Shown: positions 9,097 through 19,635, counted from the stretch's first letter. The stretch is DNA of 64,000 nucleotides from an uncultured archaeon (GCA_964430885.1 CAYSHM010000001.1:96001-160000), one strand, 5' to 3'. Notes: generated by a model from the sequence alone, not told the origin. Numbers and translations: made by a program.

Positions 9097-11148
9097 ATGA
9101 AAATTCAGGATATCAGCAGAAAGAATATTGCAATAATCATATGCATTATTCTGCTTCTGAGCTCAATTGGGCTCTATTATCTCACTCGGTCAAAAAAAGA
9201 AGTAGTACCTCCTTATGCTCCTTCCAAGGAATTACCGAAAAATTTTATTGCTTTAGTGGAAGCTCCAAGCAACCAAGATGACATGATGTTCATATCCTCA
9301 CTATCGTCTATCACAGTCAGGAATGAGGGTTATAATCCTCTATTTATTTTGGATGAGGGTTCCCTGGATTCTCATCAACTTTGGACAATTGACCATATGG
9401 AGGATAAGTACAAAAATGCACCCAAAATACTTTTTACCAATAATGATGCCACCTATGAGAATGTTAAGGGCCAAGTTAATGATGTAATTAGATATAACGT
9501 GACCGACACCATCCTTTCCACCTTCAAGGGATTCAGCGGAGTGATCGACGTGGCTTCTCATGAAGAGGCTCTTTGGGTCTCTCCCATAGCCAAGGTAGAG
9601 AACAAAGTGATACGCCTGGGAAGGGCAACCTTTGCAGATCAGGAGATGGCCTGGGGAAGGTTGAAGGAATTGGGAATAAATGCCAATTATATTGTTATGG
9701 CAAATCCTAACGATATATCCATTGAGGCCCTTGCGGCTGCATCGGAATTCTATGATCCTTACGATGATAATTTCCACACACCTGCCCTATCATGCCTTGC
9801 ATCCCAGTTAGCTGCGTTCCACAACGGGTTTGTCCTCACCCAGATGACTCCCTCCACAGAGCAGATATATACATTTAACAACCCGAATTATGATGATACC
9901 AATTATCATTTAAATGCCCGTTCTACCGGTTATTACAAGGAGCTGAAAAAATTATCTGCAAATTATTATGTACAAAAGATGGATAGCACTCAGCCGGAAG
10001 ATTTTGCAGACACACCTGAATATGTTTGTATTGTCGGAAGTTCGGCAGCAATCCCCCAGTTCCAGATACCTGGTAATGGGGATGGTGATAATCTGGTCAA
10101 TGTCGATGTGATGTTCGGATTTCTGGACGATGACCTGTATCATATGGATGCAGCGGTTGCAAGGTTTATCAATCTGAACATACAGGGCGCATCCAATCAA
10201 TTGGTGAGAACCCTGGCCTATGACAGTATTGTTGACACTGTTAGCGTTGAATACTCTGACGGTCCCCGTAATGTGGATTGGAGGAGGCACGGCGCTTCAT
10301 TCAGTGGTTATGAGATCACCTATGAACGAATGCAGGTTTCACCCGGTCGTTTTATCTGCAAGGATTATACGGATGAAGGGCTGGAATATGAGTATTATGG
10401 TCCTGCAATGGTTGAACAGGAAGTCACCCTCTCTCCAGAGACTACTCTGGAGCCAGCGGTCCAGGCAAGTGCCTTTGTTGCATACAGAGGTCATGGGAGC
10501 GACACAGGGGCCCTTTATATGGCCTCCTATGTAGTTGGAAATGAGGAAGCAGTACTAAGAGGTACTGAGGCCAGGGACTTATTCATTCCGCCTCAAGTAG
10601 CTTTTTGGGTATCATGTATGAACGGGAAGATCCACGGTACGGATTTTGGTGCCGACGCTGATGATGTTGTGTATGATGAGCTTTTCTCCTTGAACTATCT
10701 GTACGGCGGAGCTGTTGCTCTTGGCGGAGCTACAGAAGTGAGCTACAGCAATATTGGCCAAGACTTATATTCATACCCTGAGGAATACCTGCCTGGAATA
10801 ATCAATCCAGCATGGTCTGATGGGAATCATGAATGGAATAGGAATGATGCTTGGTATGCTTTCTTCTGGGACGGCATGCTGAACTTTGAAAAAACCCACG
10901 GTTCCATCGGCAAGGCACTGCAGTGGGCCGAGAACAGGTATATTGATTATCAGACGGGTAGGGGAATGCCTGTAACTCCATTTGAATCCAGTATGACTGG
11001 TGGAGGAGATGGCGATACGGGGGAAGACCCGGCAGTTCATTGGAAAGAGGTGGCCATGTTTGTTATTTATGGAGATCCGGCCTTTACTCCTGCTAGTTAT
11101 AAACCTGGTTCAAATAATTACAATCCCTGGAGCAATGGTGATACTTGA
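9097..11148 (+). CDS. C25 (gingipain-like) cysteine peptidase with N-terminal membrane anchor
   Basis: YVCIVGSSAAIP, DAAVARF, YRGHGS (catalytic His), WVSCMNG (catalytic Cys), GGAVALGGAT, IYGDP; N-terminal hydrophobic helix. Confidence 0.75.
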   Translation: MKIQDISRKNIAIIICIILLLSSIGLYYLTRSKKEVVPPYAPSKELPKNFIALVEAPSNQDDMMFISSLSSITVRNEGYNPLFILDEGSLDSHQLWTIDHMEDKYKNAPKILFTNNDATYENVKGQVNDVIRYNVTDTILSTFKGFSGVIDVASHEEALWVSPIAKVENKVIRLGRATFADQEMAWGRLKELGINANYIVMANPNDISIEALAAASEFYDPYDDNFHTPALSCLASQLAAFHNGFVLTQMTPSTEQIYTFNNPNYDDTNYHLNARSTGYYKELKKLSANYYVQKMDSTQPEDFADTPEYVCIVGSSAAIPQFQIPGNGDGDNLVNVDVMFGFLDDDLYHMDAAVARFINLNIQGASNQLVRTLAYDSIVDTVSVEYSDGPRNVDWRRHGASFSGYEITYERMQVSPGRFICKDYTDEGLEYEYYGPAMVEQEVTLSPETTLEPAVQASAFVAYRGHGSDTGALYMASYVVGNEEAVLRGTEARDLFIPPQVAFWVSCMNGKIHGTDFGADADDVVYDELFSLNYLYGGAVALGGATEVSYSNIGQDLYSYPEEYLPGIINPAWSDGNHEWNRNDAWYAFFWDGMLNFEKTHGSIGKALQWAENRYIDYQTGRGMPVTPFESSMTGGGDGDTGEDPAVHWKEVAMFVIYGDPAFTPASYKPGSNNYNPWSNGDT

Positions 11149-11287
11149 AATGGTAATTTGCTGATCATTTTCAGTGGTAATTTATGCAATCAATTTGGTA
11201 TGTCCGATTAATTTTATTCAGCCAGGTTTTTTAGTAGGAAAATATATTTATTCAATAATAAGTTCGGGTCTATGATTGTAAACCTAT

Positions 11288-11388
11288 GCCGGGGTGGCTC
11301 AGCTGGTTAGAGCGTCGGACTCATAGGGAAAAAAAAGTCAGCCTCCTGGGTTATCCGGAGGCCGCGGGTTCGAACCCCGCCCCCGGCA
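11288..11388 (+). tRNA. tRNA-Met(CAT), elongator type, with 27-nt intron at 37/38 (11326-11352)
   Basis: Acceptor GCCGGGG/CCCCGGC; T-loop TTCGAAC; anticodon loop CTCATA|A; BHB with central helix CUCA:UGGG and bulges UAG/UUA. Confidence 0.93.
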
Positions 11389-11536
11389 CATTGATATTGA
11401 TTTCTTTGATACTTCTAACCCCTGTATGGATACTATGGGGTTGTTTTTATGGTCTTTAATATTATAATTCATTCAGTTCAATTAAGTCTGGTGTTGTTTA
11501 AAAAATTGTAGTCGATTATCACTCTAATTATTACAG

Positions 11537-11896
11537 GTGTTGTTTGTGTATAAGATGGTCATTGTGATTAGGTCAGATCTGAAGATGTCTAAAGGAAAAA
11601 TGGCGGCCCAAGTGGCACATGCAGCGGTATCCTGTGCTATGAAGTCAAATAAATACTCCAGTGCACTGTTCAAAGGGTGGATGAATCAAGGGCAGAAGAA
11701 GGTAGTGTTGAAGGTTCCAGACAAAAAAGCGCTCTTAGATCTATATGAAGAAGCCCAAGTAAAGGGTTTGACATCAAAGATCATTGCGGATGCAGGACAT
11801 ACTGAACTGGAGCCAGGTACAATTACCTGCCTGGGAATTGGACCAAGTAAGGAAAAGGATATTGACAGGTTAACGAGTGATTTGAAGTTGGTATGA
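11537..11896 (+). CDS. pth2: Peptidyl-tRNA hydrolase Pth2
   Basis: KMVIVIRSDLKMSKGKMAAQVAHAAV, GQKKVVLKV, DAGHTELEPGTITCLGIGP. Confidence 0.96.
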   Translation: MLFVYKMVIVIRSDLKMSKGKMAAQVAHAAVSCAMKSNKYSSALFKGWMNQGQKKVVLKVPDKKALLDLYEEAQVKGLTSKIIADAGHTELEPGTITCLGIGPSKEKDIDRLTSDLKLV

Positions 11897-12483
11897 TGTC
11901 TTACGATATTCGAAAGGGAAATATTAGGGTATTAGCCATAGATGATTCGCCTTTTACTTTTTCAGATGAACGGACACAAATAATTGGTATTGTTTCCAAA
12001 GGCCCCACTTATATGGAAATAATAATGAAAGAAGTAGTTGTCGTAGATGGTCATGACTCTACGGAAAAAATCATTTCTATGGTAAAGGGGTCCCACCTGC
12101 GTGACCAAATTAGATTAATATTGCTGGATGGAGCATCTTTCGGGGGTTTTAATATTTTTGATCCAGAATATATTTTCCACAAATTAAACATACCCTTGAT
12201 CACAGTTTGCAGAAGAAATCCGGATTTGATATCTATTAAACAGGCATTGATTAAAAACTTCCCTGATTGGGAAGAAAGATATGCTGTACTGACCAAGAAT
12301 GTGATTCAGAAAACGGAAATACCAGGCGGTCATTTGTATATCAAACGATTTGGAATCAATCCTGCGGATTCACAAATCGTAATCAATAATCTGTTGGTGA
12401 ATGGAAAATTCCCTGAACCGCTGAGACAGGCGCATATGGTAGCATCAATTCTGAAAAGGAATATTTCCAAAGGTAAGGCATAG
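11893..12483 (+). CDS. DUF99 family protein (endonuclease V-like)
   Basis: RVLAIDDSPF, VDGHDST, ILLDGASFGGFNIFD, PEPLRQAH; ATGA overlap with pth2. Confidence 0.88.
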   Translation: MMSYDIRKGNIRVLAIDDSPFTFSDERTQIIGIVSKGPTYMEIIMKEVVVVDGHDSTEKIISMVKGSHLRDQIRLILLDGASFGGFNIFDPEYIFHKLNIPLITVCRRNPDLISIKQALIKNFPDWEERYAVLTKNVIQKTEIPGGHLYIKRFGINPADSQIVINNLLVNGKFPEPLRQAHMVASILKRNISKGKA

Positions 12484-12521
12484 ATACCCCATTCATGAAA
12501 ATTGATTGCGCGATTCAGATA

Positions 12522-13235
12522 TTATTTATTCGTGACCCTTTTTTTCCTTCTTTTCCTGGTGCGTTTGTCTGCTTTTCTGGTATCTGCACTGGTGACTTCT
12601 ACAGCCTCTTCAAGCTCTATTGGTTCAACTATCAATGTCAGGAACTGTTTATTCAAATCACTCAATAAATGATTCTTAAAAAGACCTAGTCTTGCCGAAC
12701 CGTTCAGCCACTCTCTTTCCAACTGAGTGAAGGTGCCGATTGCCATAATGTCATAATAATTCTTCAGCATTTTATCCAGGAAAATATTCTTTACAAGATC
12801 AGTATCAATTGCAACAATCTTTTTATTCATATTAAGATATTTTTCACCTATATACGTGCATAATTCTCCAATGTTTATATCCTGGTAGCTGAAATTTCTA
12901 TCTTCAAACATGATATTGTGGAACAATTCTCTCATCCGGGTTTTGTTTTGTCCGTTGTTCATCAATCGGATAAATTCTTTAATTGGTGATATATTATCTT
13001 TAGATAGGAATATCTCTATATCATTGAGGTGTTTTATTTCATCAATGCCTCCGGTTCTTTTAATGTAAGTAATATCCAAATTATTTAAAGCGACTATCCC
13101 TAGAAATAGCTTTGTTTTACATTCTATAGAGGAAAAGTAAAGTTTAGAAAGTGGAATATTTACTTCGGAAGAGATAAATTCCATAGTATTTTTAATTTTA
13201 TAGGGTACCTTAAGTGCGAATATTTTATTTTTCAT
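12522..13235 (-). CDS. Hypothetical protein with very basic C-terminal tail
   Basis: 237-aa ORF with GGGAG upstream of ATG; no recognised family; ends RKADKRTRKRRKKRVTNK. Confidence 0.6.
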   Translation of the reverse strand: MKNKIFALKVPYKIKNTMEFISSEVNIPLSKLYFSSIECKTKLFLGIVALNNLDITYIKRTGGIDEIKHLNDIEIFLSKDNISPIKEFIRLMNNGQNKTRMRELFHNIMFEDRNFSYQDINIGELCTYIGEKYLNMNKKIVAIDTDLVKNIFLDKMLKNYYDIMAIGTFTQLEREWLNGSARLGLFKNHLLSDLNKQFLTLIVEPIELEEAVEVTSADTRKADKRTRKRRKKRVTNK

Positions 13236-13481
13236 TTTTCATTCTCCCTTTTATTTTTAGGAATGAAAATTACTTTATTTAAATTATTGTTTAACTATAA
13301 TATTATTTATGTCAAATTATTATTTTAAAAAGGTATTTCTCATATGCGGTAATGTTTATATAATGATGAAAGCCATTTACCTTATTCGATTGTAAAATAT
13401 AATCTATGAGAATAATGTGAACATAATTTTTAAAAAAGTTGAAAAAATATATTTCAGTATGAAAAGAAAAGGTGAATAGAA

Positions 13482-16400
13482 ATGAACAAGAATAAACAAA
13501 GTAACAAGAGATTTCATAACTTAATGATAGCAACTATTCTTTTGTTTGCTTCCTTCGGAGCAATAATATTTGCAACAGATTATGCTAGTGCGGGCCCGAT
13601 CGTTTTGATTAATATTACTGGTCAGCAGAGCGGAACTTCTATCGAAACTGGTGATCCAGGTCAGGATATATTATTTGATGTTAGAGTGGAGAACAATGGG
13701 GATACAATAGCTACTATTAATCTTACAATCATTGGAACTCCAGTTACGTGGGGTAGTACCTTGACGGGAACTGATTTTACAGTTTCAGCCGGGTCTAGTG
13801 TCACTGAAATATTAACAGTTCATATATATGAAGAGGCTCTAGAGACTGCCACGGCTTCCATGACCGTAAAGGATTCCACAAATAATAAGCAGGATACATG
13901 TACCGTGAATGTAGATCAAACCTTTGGTTTGATATATGAATCGGCAGATACCATAAAATCTTCATTGCCTGATTCTATAATCACTTTCACACTACCAATT
14001 AATAACACGGGTAATGGAGTAGATACCACAAGTTTCAGCGATATCGGTGCACCACAAGATTGGGAAGTGTCCTATGATAATACAAAAAATCTACCAGCAT
14101 TCAGTTTGGTTAATTTTGGAGTTTCAGTATACATCCCTGCCGGAACTAATTCAGGCACTTATTCTGTGTCAATGACTGGAACTTCAGAAGATACAATTAC
14201 CACCACCACGAAAACACTTACCATAACAGTTGAAGCAGAGTACGGATTGATTGTAACAACATTACCGAGCGCTAGCTTGGAAGTCAGCCCCGGTGGCAAG
14301 GCAACATATACCTTAGAGGTTACGAACGAGGGTAACGCTCAGGATCGTTTTGACTTGGCCATTGAAAGTAAAACTGTAGGCTGGACAGTCACTTTGCTGA
14401 CCCAAACAACTCCGAAATTATCGGCAGGTGAGTCATACGAGGTAACAATGCACGTCAGATCACCAATAAATGCATTGGATTCTGATCTGGGCTACGCAAA
14501 CGTAACCGTTTCTTCACAAGAAAATGAATCTCAGAATGAAACAGCATTTACAATTACAACTATACTGCAAGAGCGATACTTATCCTTAGGTGTAGATAAC
14601 TCAACAGTATCTGGAGCACAAGATGATACTGTAACATTCAATTTTGAATTGACGAATTCCGGTAACGGCCAGGACCGAGTGGATATTACAGCGACTCCTC
14701 CTGATGGCTGGTCATCCCCAAACATTTCACCAATCTTCTTCACTTTAGATTCTGGACAGACGGATCAATTTACAGTTCAGCAGACAATACCTTCTGACGC
14801 ATTGAACGAAGGTTATACATTGCTGGTTACTGCTCAGTCAAGGGATGATGCAAATGCGAGCACACAGGCGAGTGTAACAGTAGATGTGGATCAGGAATTT
14901 GGCGTCCAGGTAAGCATACCAGGTTCAAACTCCAAGGACGTCAATCCCGGTGACACGGTCTCTTACACTTTCGATGTCAAGAACAAAGGAAATGGAGAAG
15001 ATACATTTTCCATTGATCAAAGCGGAATACCTGCAGGTTGGTCATGGGTTCTTTCAGATAGTTCAGTTACCATCAATCCTGGAGAGATACAGACTGTCAA
15101 CCTCACAGTTACAGTGCCCGGTGATTACGAACAATTTGGGCCCCTTGAAGCGGAGGTTATAGCTACCTCTGATGGCGATGCCCAAGTTTCCGATAATTCA
15201 AGCAAAATTATCATAAATATTCAGAAATTCTACAATGTAGTACTATCAAGCAATAGTCTTGCCAAGAGCGCTTTCCCTGAAGAGGTTATTAATTATACCA
15301 TCACAATTACTAATGAAGGGAACGCGGAAGACCTAATAAAAGTAGAGGTTGATGATGGACCTTACAGCGACTGGACATCTTTGGATTCTTCTCTTTTCAC
15401 CATAGGTCCCAATAATAATTCAGTTGCGACATTATCGGTAGAGATACCTGATAATCAGGAAGCGGCAAAATATTACATCAACCTAACAGCTACTTCAGAA
15501 TACGCTGATGACAAGGGCCTTGTTGTCACAGATACGATATCCACAAAAACAACTGTTAAACCCCTTTATGAAGTATATTTATTCCCTGACGGCGGAAATT
15601 TAAAGGAGGCTGCCGCAGGCGAATCAGTAGCATACATGTTGGGCGTCCAGAACCGTGGTTTGGATGTTGACACATTTGATATGGAATTCTCCGGTGATTA
15701 TCCATTCACAAATTGGGTAGTTATGGATTACGAGAACTACACGGTGACCGACCTAGCTTCAAATGCAATTCAACAGATTTCTTTCTCAGTAGATATACCC
15801 GCAAATGTTCATGAGAATCACCCAGGATTGACCTCTGGAATTATTAACATAACAGGTACTTCAAGAGGGGACCCGGATCAGAGTTATGCCATTAGTTTTG
15901 AAACAGTCGTGAAAGCCGAGTATGGCGCGACTCTTTCAACTGAAAATGATTATGACAGTGCAATGCCTGGCTCCAATGCATCATTTACTGTGACCTTGAA
16001 GAACACTGGATCGTCAGCTTCAGACATATTTGGTGTTAAAGAAAAGGATTCAGAGTTTGAGAACATCTACATATCACCTTCAACTATTGAGATAAACCGT
16101 TCAGCTACTGTGGAAATAACGATTACAGTAACAATTGACGAAGATGCCAAAATGGGAACACATATGTTCAACATAACTGCGAAATCCGCCGGAGCTGACG
16201 GAATCCTTTCCGGAGGGGATGAAATTGTTGCTACATTGTCCCTAGAGATTAGAGTTGAACAGAAGTTCGACATCAGGGCAACCTGTTCCCAGAATGCCAA
16301 GGAAATTGCCCCCGGCGAATATGTTCTATATGAAATTGAGATAGAGAACCAGGGTAATGGAGAAGATACATTCGATATCACAAAATATTCCTCAAATGTC

Positions 16401-19400
16401 ACACATCTCGGTTGGGCGGTGTTGGACGCGAGCAGTCTCACTCTAGATAGCGAAGAAATAGTGACAGTAGAAATGAATATAACAATTCCGTCAAACACCG
16501 AGCCGATAAATGTGAACATTTACGTTAATATTTCATCAAGAGAAAACGATACTGCGAAGGTCAGTGTTAGGACCATAACAACTGTTACCCAGAAATATGC
16601 TTTACGATTGACCAGCAATGACCTCAACAAGGATGCAGACCCTGATTCAATCGTTACTTTCAATATTGATATTAAGAACGATGGAACTGGAACCGATCAA
16701 TTTGAATTGACAGTTGTATCTGAAGGAGCAGCTGGTGCTCAGGCCAGTTGGGTATCAATCCCCATTCAGGATACGATATTCACACTATCGCCTTCGGAGC
16801 TCAAAAGAGTGGTCATTGATGTTTCGATCCCTGCCGATACCGAAGTAGGGGATTATCAGGTCTCCTTAAAAGCCGAATCATTGAGGAGTATTGAAGATGT
16901 GGAAGATACTATTACTGCAACCGTTACAGTCAATCCAAAAAGAGACATTTCTTTGGAACTGCCGGAGGACCGTAAGGAAATCGTACCAAATCTGAGCGGC
17001 GATGAAGCAGAGGTCCCTTATGATCTCAAAGTAATTAATAAAGGGACTGATACGGACCAATATAAATTACAGATCATGGGAGCCCCATATTCTGATCATC
17101 CCTCTTGGGTCAGATTGTCTACAAAGACCATTTCCTCCCTGTCAGCGGATGCGGAGAAGACTGTTACAGTAACAATAGAAATCCCCAACAATGAAGCGCC
17201 TACAAGCTCGGATGGATTCAATACAGTGATCTATGTTTATTCACCGGGTGAATCAGGCACTGCTGATGATATCGGTATGATGATCAACATTACTACAGTA
17301 ATAAAGACAGCTTACGGATTGGAACTAAGTGCCAATTCCGAGAAGAAGGAAACCCCCTCACTGCCCAATGCAGCAGCAAGATATCGAACCGTATCATTCC
17401 CATTCTCAGTTGAAAATCTGGGAACCGGCGATGATGCAGTGAAATTTGAGATTGAGGATAAACCGGATGATTGGAACGATGTATCCATCGATTTGTCCAC
17501 TGAAGACCTTGCCGAGGGCGCCAAGATCAATGCCTTGCTGACTGTAAATGTTGATAGAGAGGTAGCAACAGGGAACTACGATATCAAAGTAAAGGTAACT
17601 TCCCGGGGAGATGATTCTCTTTATGTAACCGATTCTAACGATGAAGATGAGAACGATGAGTTCGAAGAGATCACCTTCACTGTTAAGGTAACGGTCATCA
17701 ATGAGGTCAAGATCACCTCCCCAAAAGCCATTCAGGAAGGAAATCCTGGTTCTACAGTCACTTATACTATCAAGGTGGAGAATCTCGGTAATGAAAAGAG
17801 CGACATATCGTTAAAACTTCCAAATACATTGGTGGATTGGGCTTCATCCATAACCATCTCTCCCTCGTCTATTTCTCTTGATGCCAAAGGAGGAAGCAAT
17901 GATGAGGCTGAAGCAACCATGACAGTTAGGATTTCGAGTGATTACAGCGAAGCACTATCCGAAACTTATGTAACAATGATAACAGCCGAAGCAGGTGACC
18001 GTGATGACATGTTCACCACTACACTGAATCTATCAACAACTATTCATCAGGAATATGGATTGGACCTATCTAGTACCGACTGGGATAAGGACCTGGAAGT
18101 GGATAATGTGAGAAATCCCTCCGCCCAGACAGTTAGATATTCATTCAAGGTGGAGAACACTGGTAATGGAAGGGACCGATATGAACTGGAATTAAGCGGA
18201 GATTATGCAAAATGGGCCAAATTCGACAATGATCTTACAACCAAGACAACCGATTACATTGAGGCTGGGGAAACACTGCTTCTTTATGTTGATGTTATTG
18301 TGGATATAAATGACAAGAACGATTTCGAGGAATTCTCTGCTGGAGATTATGACATTACGCTGAAAGTGACCTCCATGGGTGACGATACTAAATATCTCAG
18401 TACGACCTTGAGTATTACCATAGAGGAAGCCTTTTATGTTATACTCACACCTTATTCCGATGCCCAGACTATAACTATGAACCCCTCAGAGAAGATCACC
18501 TACACCTATAAGATAGACGCTGAGAATGCAGGCAATAAAGATGATACGGTGAAGTTCCAGGTGAAGGATTACCCTGATGATTGGTCAGTCAGTTTCAGCC
18601 CATCTTCCAGAAAAGTGGATATTGGATCAACTGAGACAATAAATCTAGAGATATCACCGGATTCAGAAGTCGAGGAGGGCAATTACTATATCAAGGTCAG
18701 AGCCCAGAGCAGCGATGGAACCTATAGCGATCAGTTCTCAATTACTGTTACAATAGAGCTGCCAGTCCTCGAACTGAATAAACCCGTGATAGATGAGGAT
18801 AAACTCAAGGCAGGTGAAGAGATCGATATTGTTGTTACACTAGAGAACACAGGTCTGGGTGATGCAGAGGATATAACTGTCAATTTCTACGATGATAAAA
18901 AATTAATAGGCAGTGCCGATGTATCAGATCTTAAAGCGGGTGATAGTGAAGAGATAACCTTTTCAGATTGGAACGCAGAGGATATCACGTCAGGTGAGCA
19001 CAAGATAAGGGTTACAGTGTCCCAGCCTTTATCCGGCGAGGAAGAGGAAGAGGAAAAGAAAATTGAGGTTCCAGAGGAATTAGGTTTCTTCGATGAACTT
19101 CCAAAGGGTTCACTATACACAATAGGCATTCTGGGTGTAATAATTATTATTTTGATAATAATAATAATTGCACTGTTCTCCCGTACAAGGAGATCACTTC
19201 CGGAGGACTACAAGGACGAGATAGCCAAAGCTAAATCCGAAGGTGATGAGGAAGAGGAAGAGGAGGAGGAGGAAGAAGTGGAGGACAAGAAGCTTCTAGC
19301 CTCGAAAGAGCGGCCAGCTTTACCGGAAAAAGCCGGGGAAGAGGGGGAAGAGGGTGAGGATAAGAAACCTCCAAAAAAGGTAAAGATCAAATGCCCCAAG

Positions 19401-19490
19401 TGTAATGAGATCCAAACAGTCACGTCCCCCAAACGTCCCTTGGAGTTTGAATGCGACGAATGCGGCATGAGACTTATATTAAAGAAATAG
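13482..19490 (+). CDS. Giant surface protein with ~15 NEW3/COG1470-type Ig repeats, CARDB-like domain, TM helix and cytoplasmic zinc ribbon
   Basis: Signal peptide ending YASA; recurring V.N.GN..D...W repeats; LENTGLGDAEDITVNFY (CARDB-like); TM IGILGVIIIILIIIIIALF; acidic linker; CPKC..CDEC. Confidence 0.88.
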   Translation: MNKNKQSNKRFHNLMIATILLFASFGAIIFATDYASAGPIVLINITGQQSGTSIETGDPGQDILFDVRVENNGDTIATINLTIIGTPVTWGSTLTGTDFTVSAGSSVTEILTVHIYEEALETATASMTVKDSTNNKQDTCTVNVDQTFGLIYESADTIKSSLPDSIITFTLPINNTGNGVDTTSFSDIGAPQDWEVSYDNTKNLPAFSLVNFGVSVYIPAGTNSGTYSVSMTGTSEDTITTTTKTLTITVEAEYGLIVTTLPSASLEVSPGGKATYTLEVTNEGNAQDRFDLAIESKTVGWTVTLLTQTTPKLSAGESYEVTMHVRSPINALDSDLGYANVTVSSQENESQNETAFTITTILQERYLSLGVDNSTVSGAQDDTVTFNFELTNSGNGQDRVDITATPPDGWSSPNISPIFFTLDSGQTDQFTVQQTIPSDALNEGYTLLVTAQSRDDANASTQASVTVDVDQEFGVQVSIPGSNSKDVNPGDTVSYTFDVKNKGNGEDTFSIDQSGIPAGWSWVLSDSSVTINPGEIQTVNLTVTVPGDYEQFGPLEAEVIATSDGDAQVSDNSSKIIINIQKFYNVVLSSNSLAKSAFPEEVINYTITITNEGNAEDLIKVEVDDGPYSDWTSLDSSLFTIGPNNNSVATLSVEIPDNQEAAKYYINLTATSEYADDKGLVVTDTISTKTTVKPLYEVYLFPDGGNLKEAAAGESVAYMLGVQNRGLDVDTFDMEFSGDYPFTNWVVMDYENYTVTDLASNAIQQISFSVDIPANVHENHPGLTSGIINITGTSRGDPDQSYAISFETVVKAEYGATLSTENDYDSAMPGSNASFTVTLKNTGSSASDIFGVKEKDSEFENIYISPSTIEINRSATVEITITVTIDEDAKMGTHMFNITAKSAGADGILSGGDEIVATLSLEIRVEQKFDIRATCSQNAKEIAPGEYVLYEIEIENQGNGEDTFDITKYSSNVTHLGWAVLDASSLTLDSEEIVTVEMNITIPSNTEPINVNIYVNISSRENDTAKVSVRTITTVTQKYALRLTSNDLNKDADPDSIVTFNIDIKNDGTGTDQFELTVVSEGAAGAQASWVSIPIQDTIFTLSPSELKRVVIDVSIPADTEVGDYQVSLKAESLRSIEDVEDTITATVTVNPKRDISLELPEDRKEIVPNLSGDEAEVPYDLKVINKGTDTDQYKLQIMGAPYSDHPSWVRLSTKTISSLSADAEKTVTVTIEIPNNEAPTSSDGFNTVIYVYSPGESGTADDIGMMINITTVIKTAYGLELSANSEKKETPSLPNAAARYRTVSFPFSVENLGTGDDAVKFEIEDKPDDWNDVSIDLSTEDLAEGAKINALLTVNVDREVATGNYDIKVKVTSRGDDSLYVTDSNDEDENDEFEEITFTVKVTVINEVKITSPKAIQEGNPGSTVTYTIKVENLGNEKSDISLKLPNTLVDWASSITISPSSISLDAKGGSNDEAEATMTVRISSDYSEALSETYVTMITAEAGDRDDMFTTTLNLSTTIHQEYGLDLSSTDWDKDLEVDNVRNPSAQTVRYSFKVENTGNGRDRYELELSGDYAKWAKFDNDLTTKTTDYIEAGETLLLYVDVIVDINDKNDFEEFSAGDYDITLKVTSMGDDTKYLSTTLSITIEEAFYVILTPYSDAQTITMNPSEKITYTYKIDAENAGNKDDTVKFQVKDYPDDWSVSFSPSSRKVDIGSTETINLEISPDSEVEEGNYYIKVRAQSSDGTYSDQFSITVTIELPVLELNKPVIDEDKLKAGEEIDIVVTLENTGLGDAEDITVNFYDDKKLIGSADVSDLKAGDSEEITFSDWNAEDITSGEHKIRVTVSQPLSGEEEEEEKKIEVPEELGFFDELPKGSLYTIGILGVIIIILIIIIIALFSRTRRSLPEDYKDEIAKAKSEGDEEEEEEEEEEVEDKKLLASKERPALPEKAGEEGEEGEDKKPPKKVKIKCPKCNEIQTVTSPKRPLEFECDECGMRLILKK

Positions 19491-19524
19491 TATCATAAGC
19501 CAGAAATACGAAGGAAATGTATAT

Positions 19525-19556
19525 AAGGCGCTATCGAGTATAGCGCCTTTTTGTTA
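19525..19556 (+). terminator. Stem-loop plus T-tract downstream of the 2002-aa gene
   Basis: AAGGCGCTAT-cgagt-ATAGCGCCTT (10-bp perfect stem) followed by TTTGTT. Confidence 0.55.
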
Positions 19557-19561
19557 TTTAT

Positions 19562-19635
19562 GGCTGAGATAGTGTAGCCTGGCAGCATATGGGACTGTGG
19601 ATCCTCTGGCCCGGGTTCAAATCCCGGTCTCGGCC
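19562..19635 (+). tRNA. tRNA-His(GTG) with encoded G-1
   Basis: G-1 plus acceptor GCTGAGA/TCTCGGC, discriminator C; anticodon loop CTGTGGA; T arm CCGGG-TTCAAAT-CCCGG. Confidence 0.93.

Noticed and set aside
13312-13533. 73-aa minus-strand ORF
   Set aside because: Lies in an AT-rich divergent promoter region, overlaps the start of the 2002-aa gene and has no RBS or motif.
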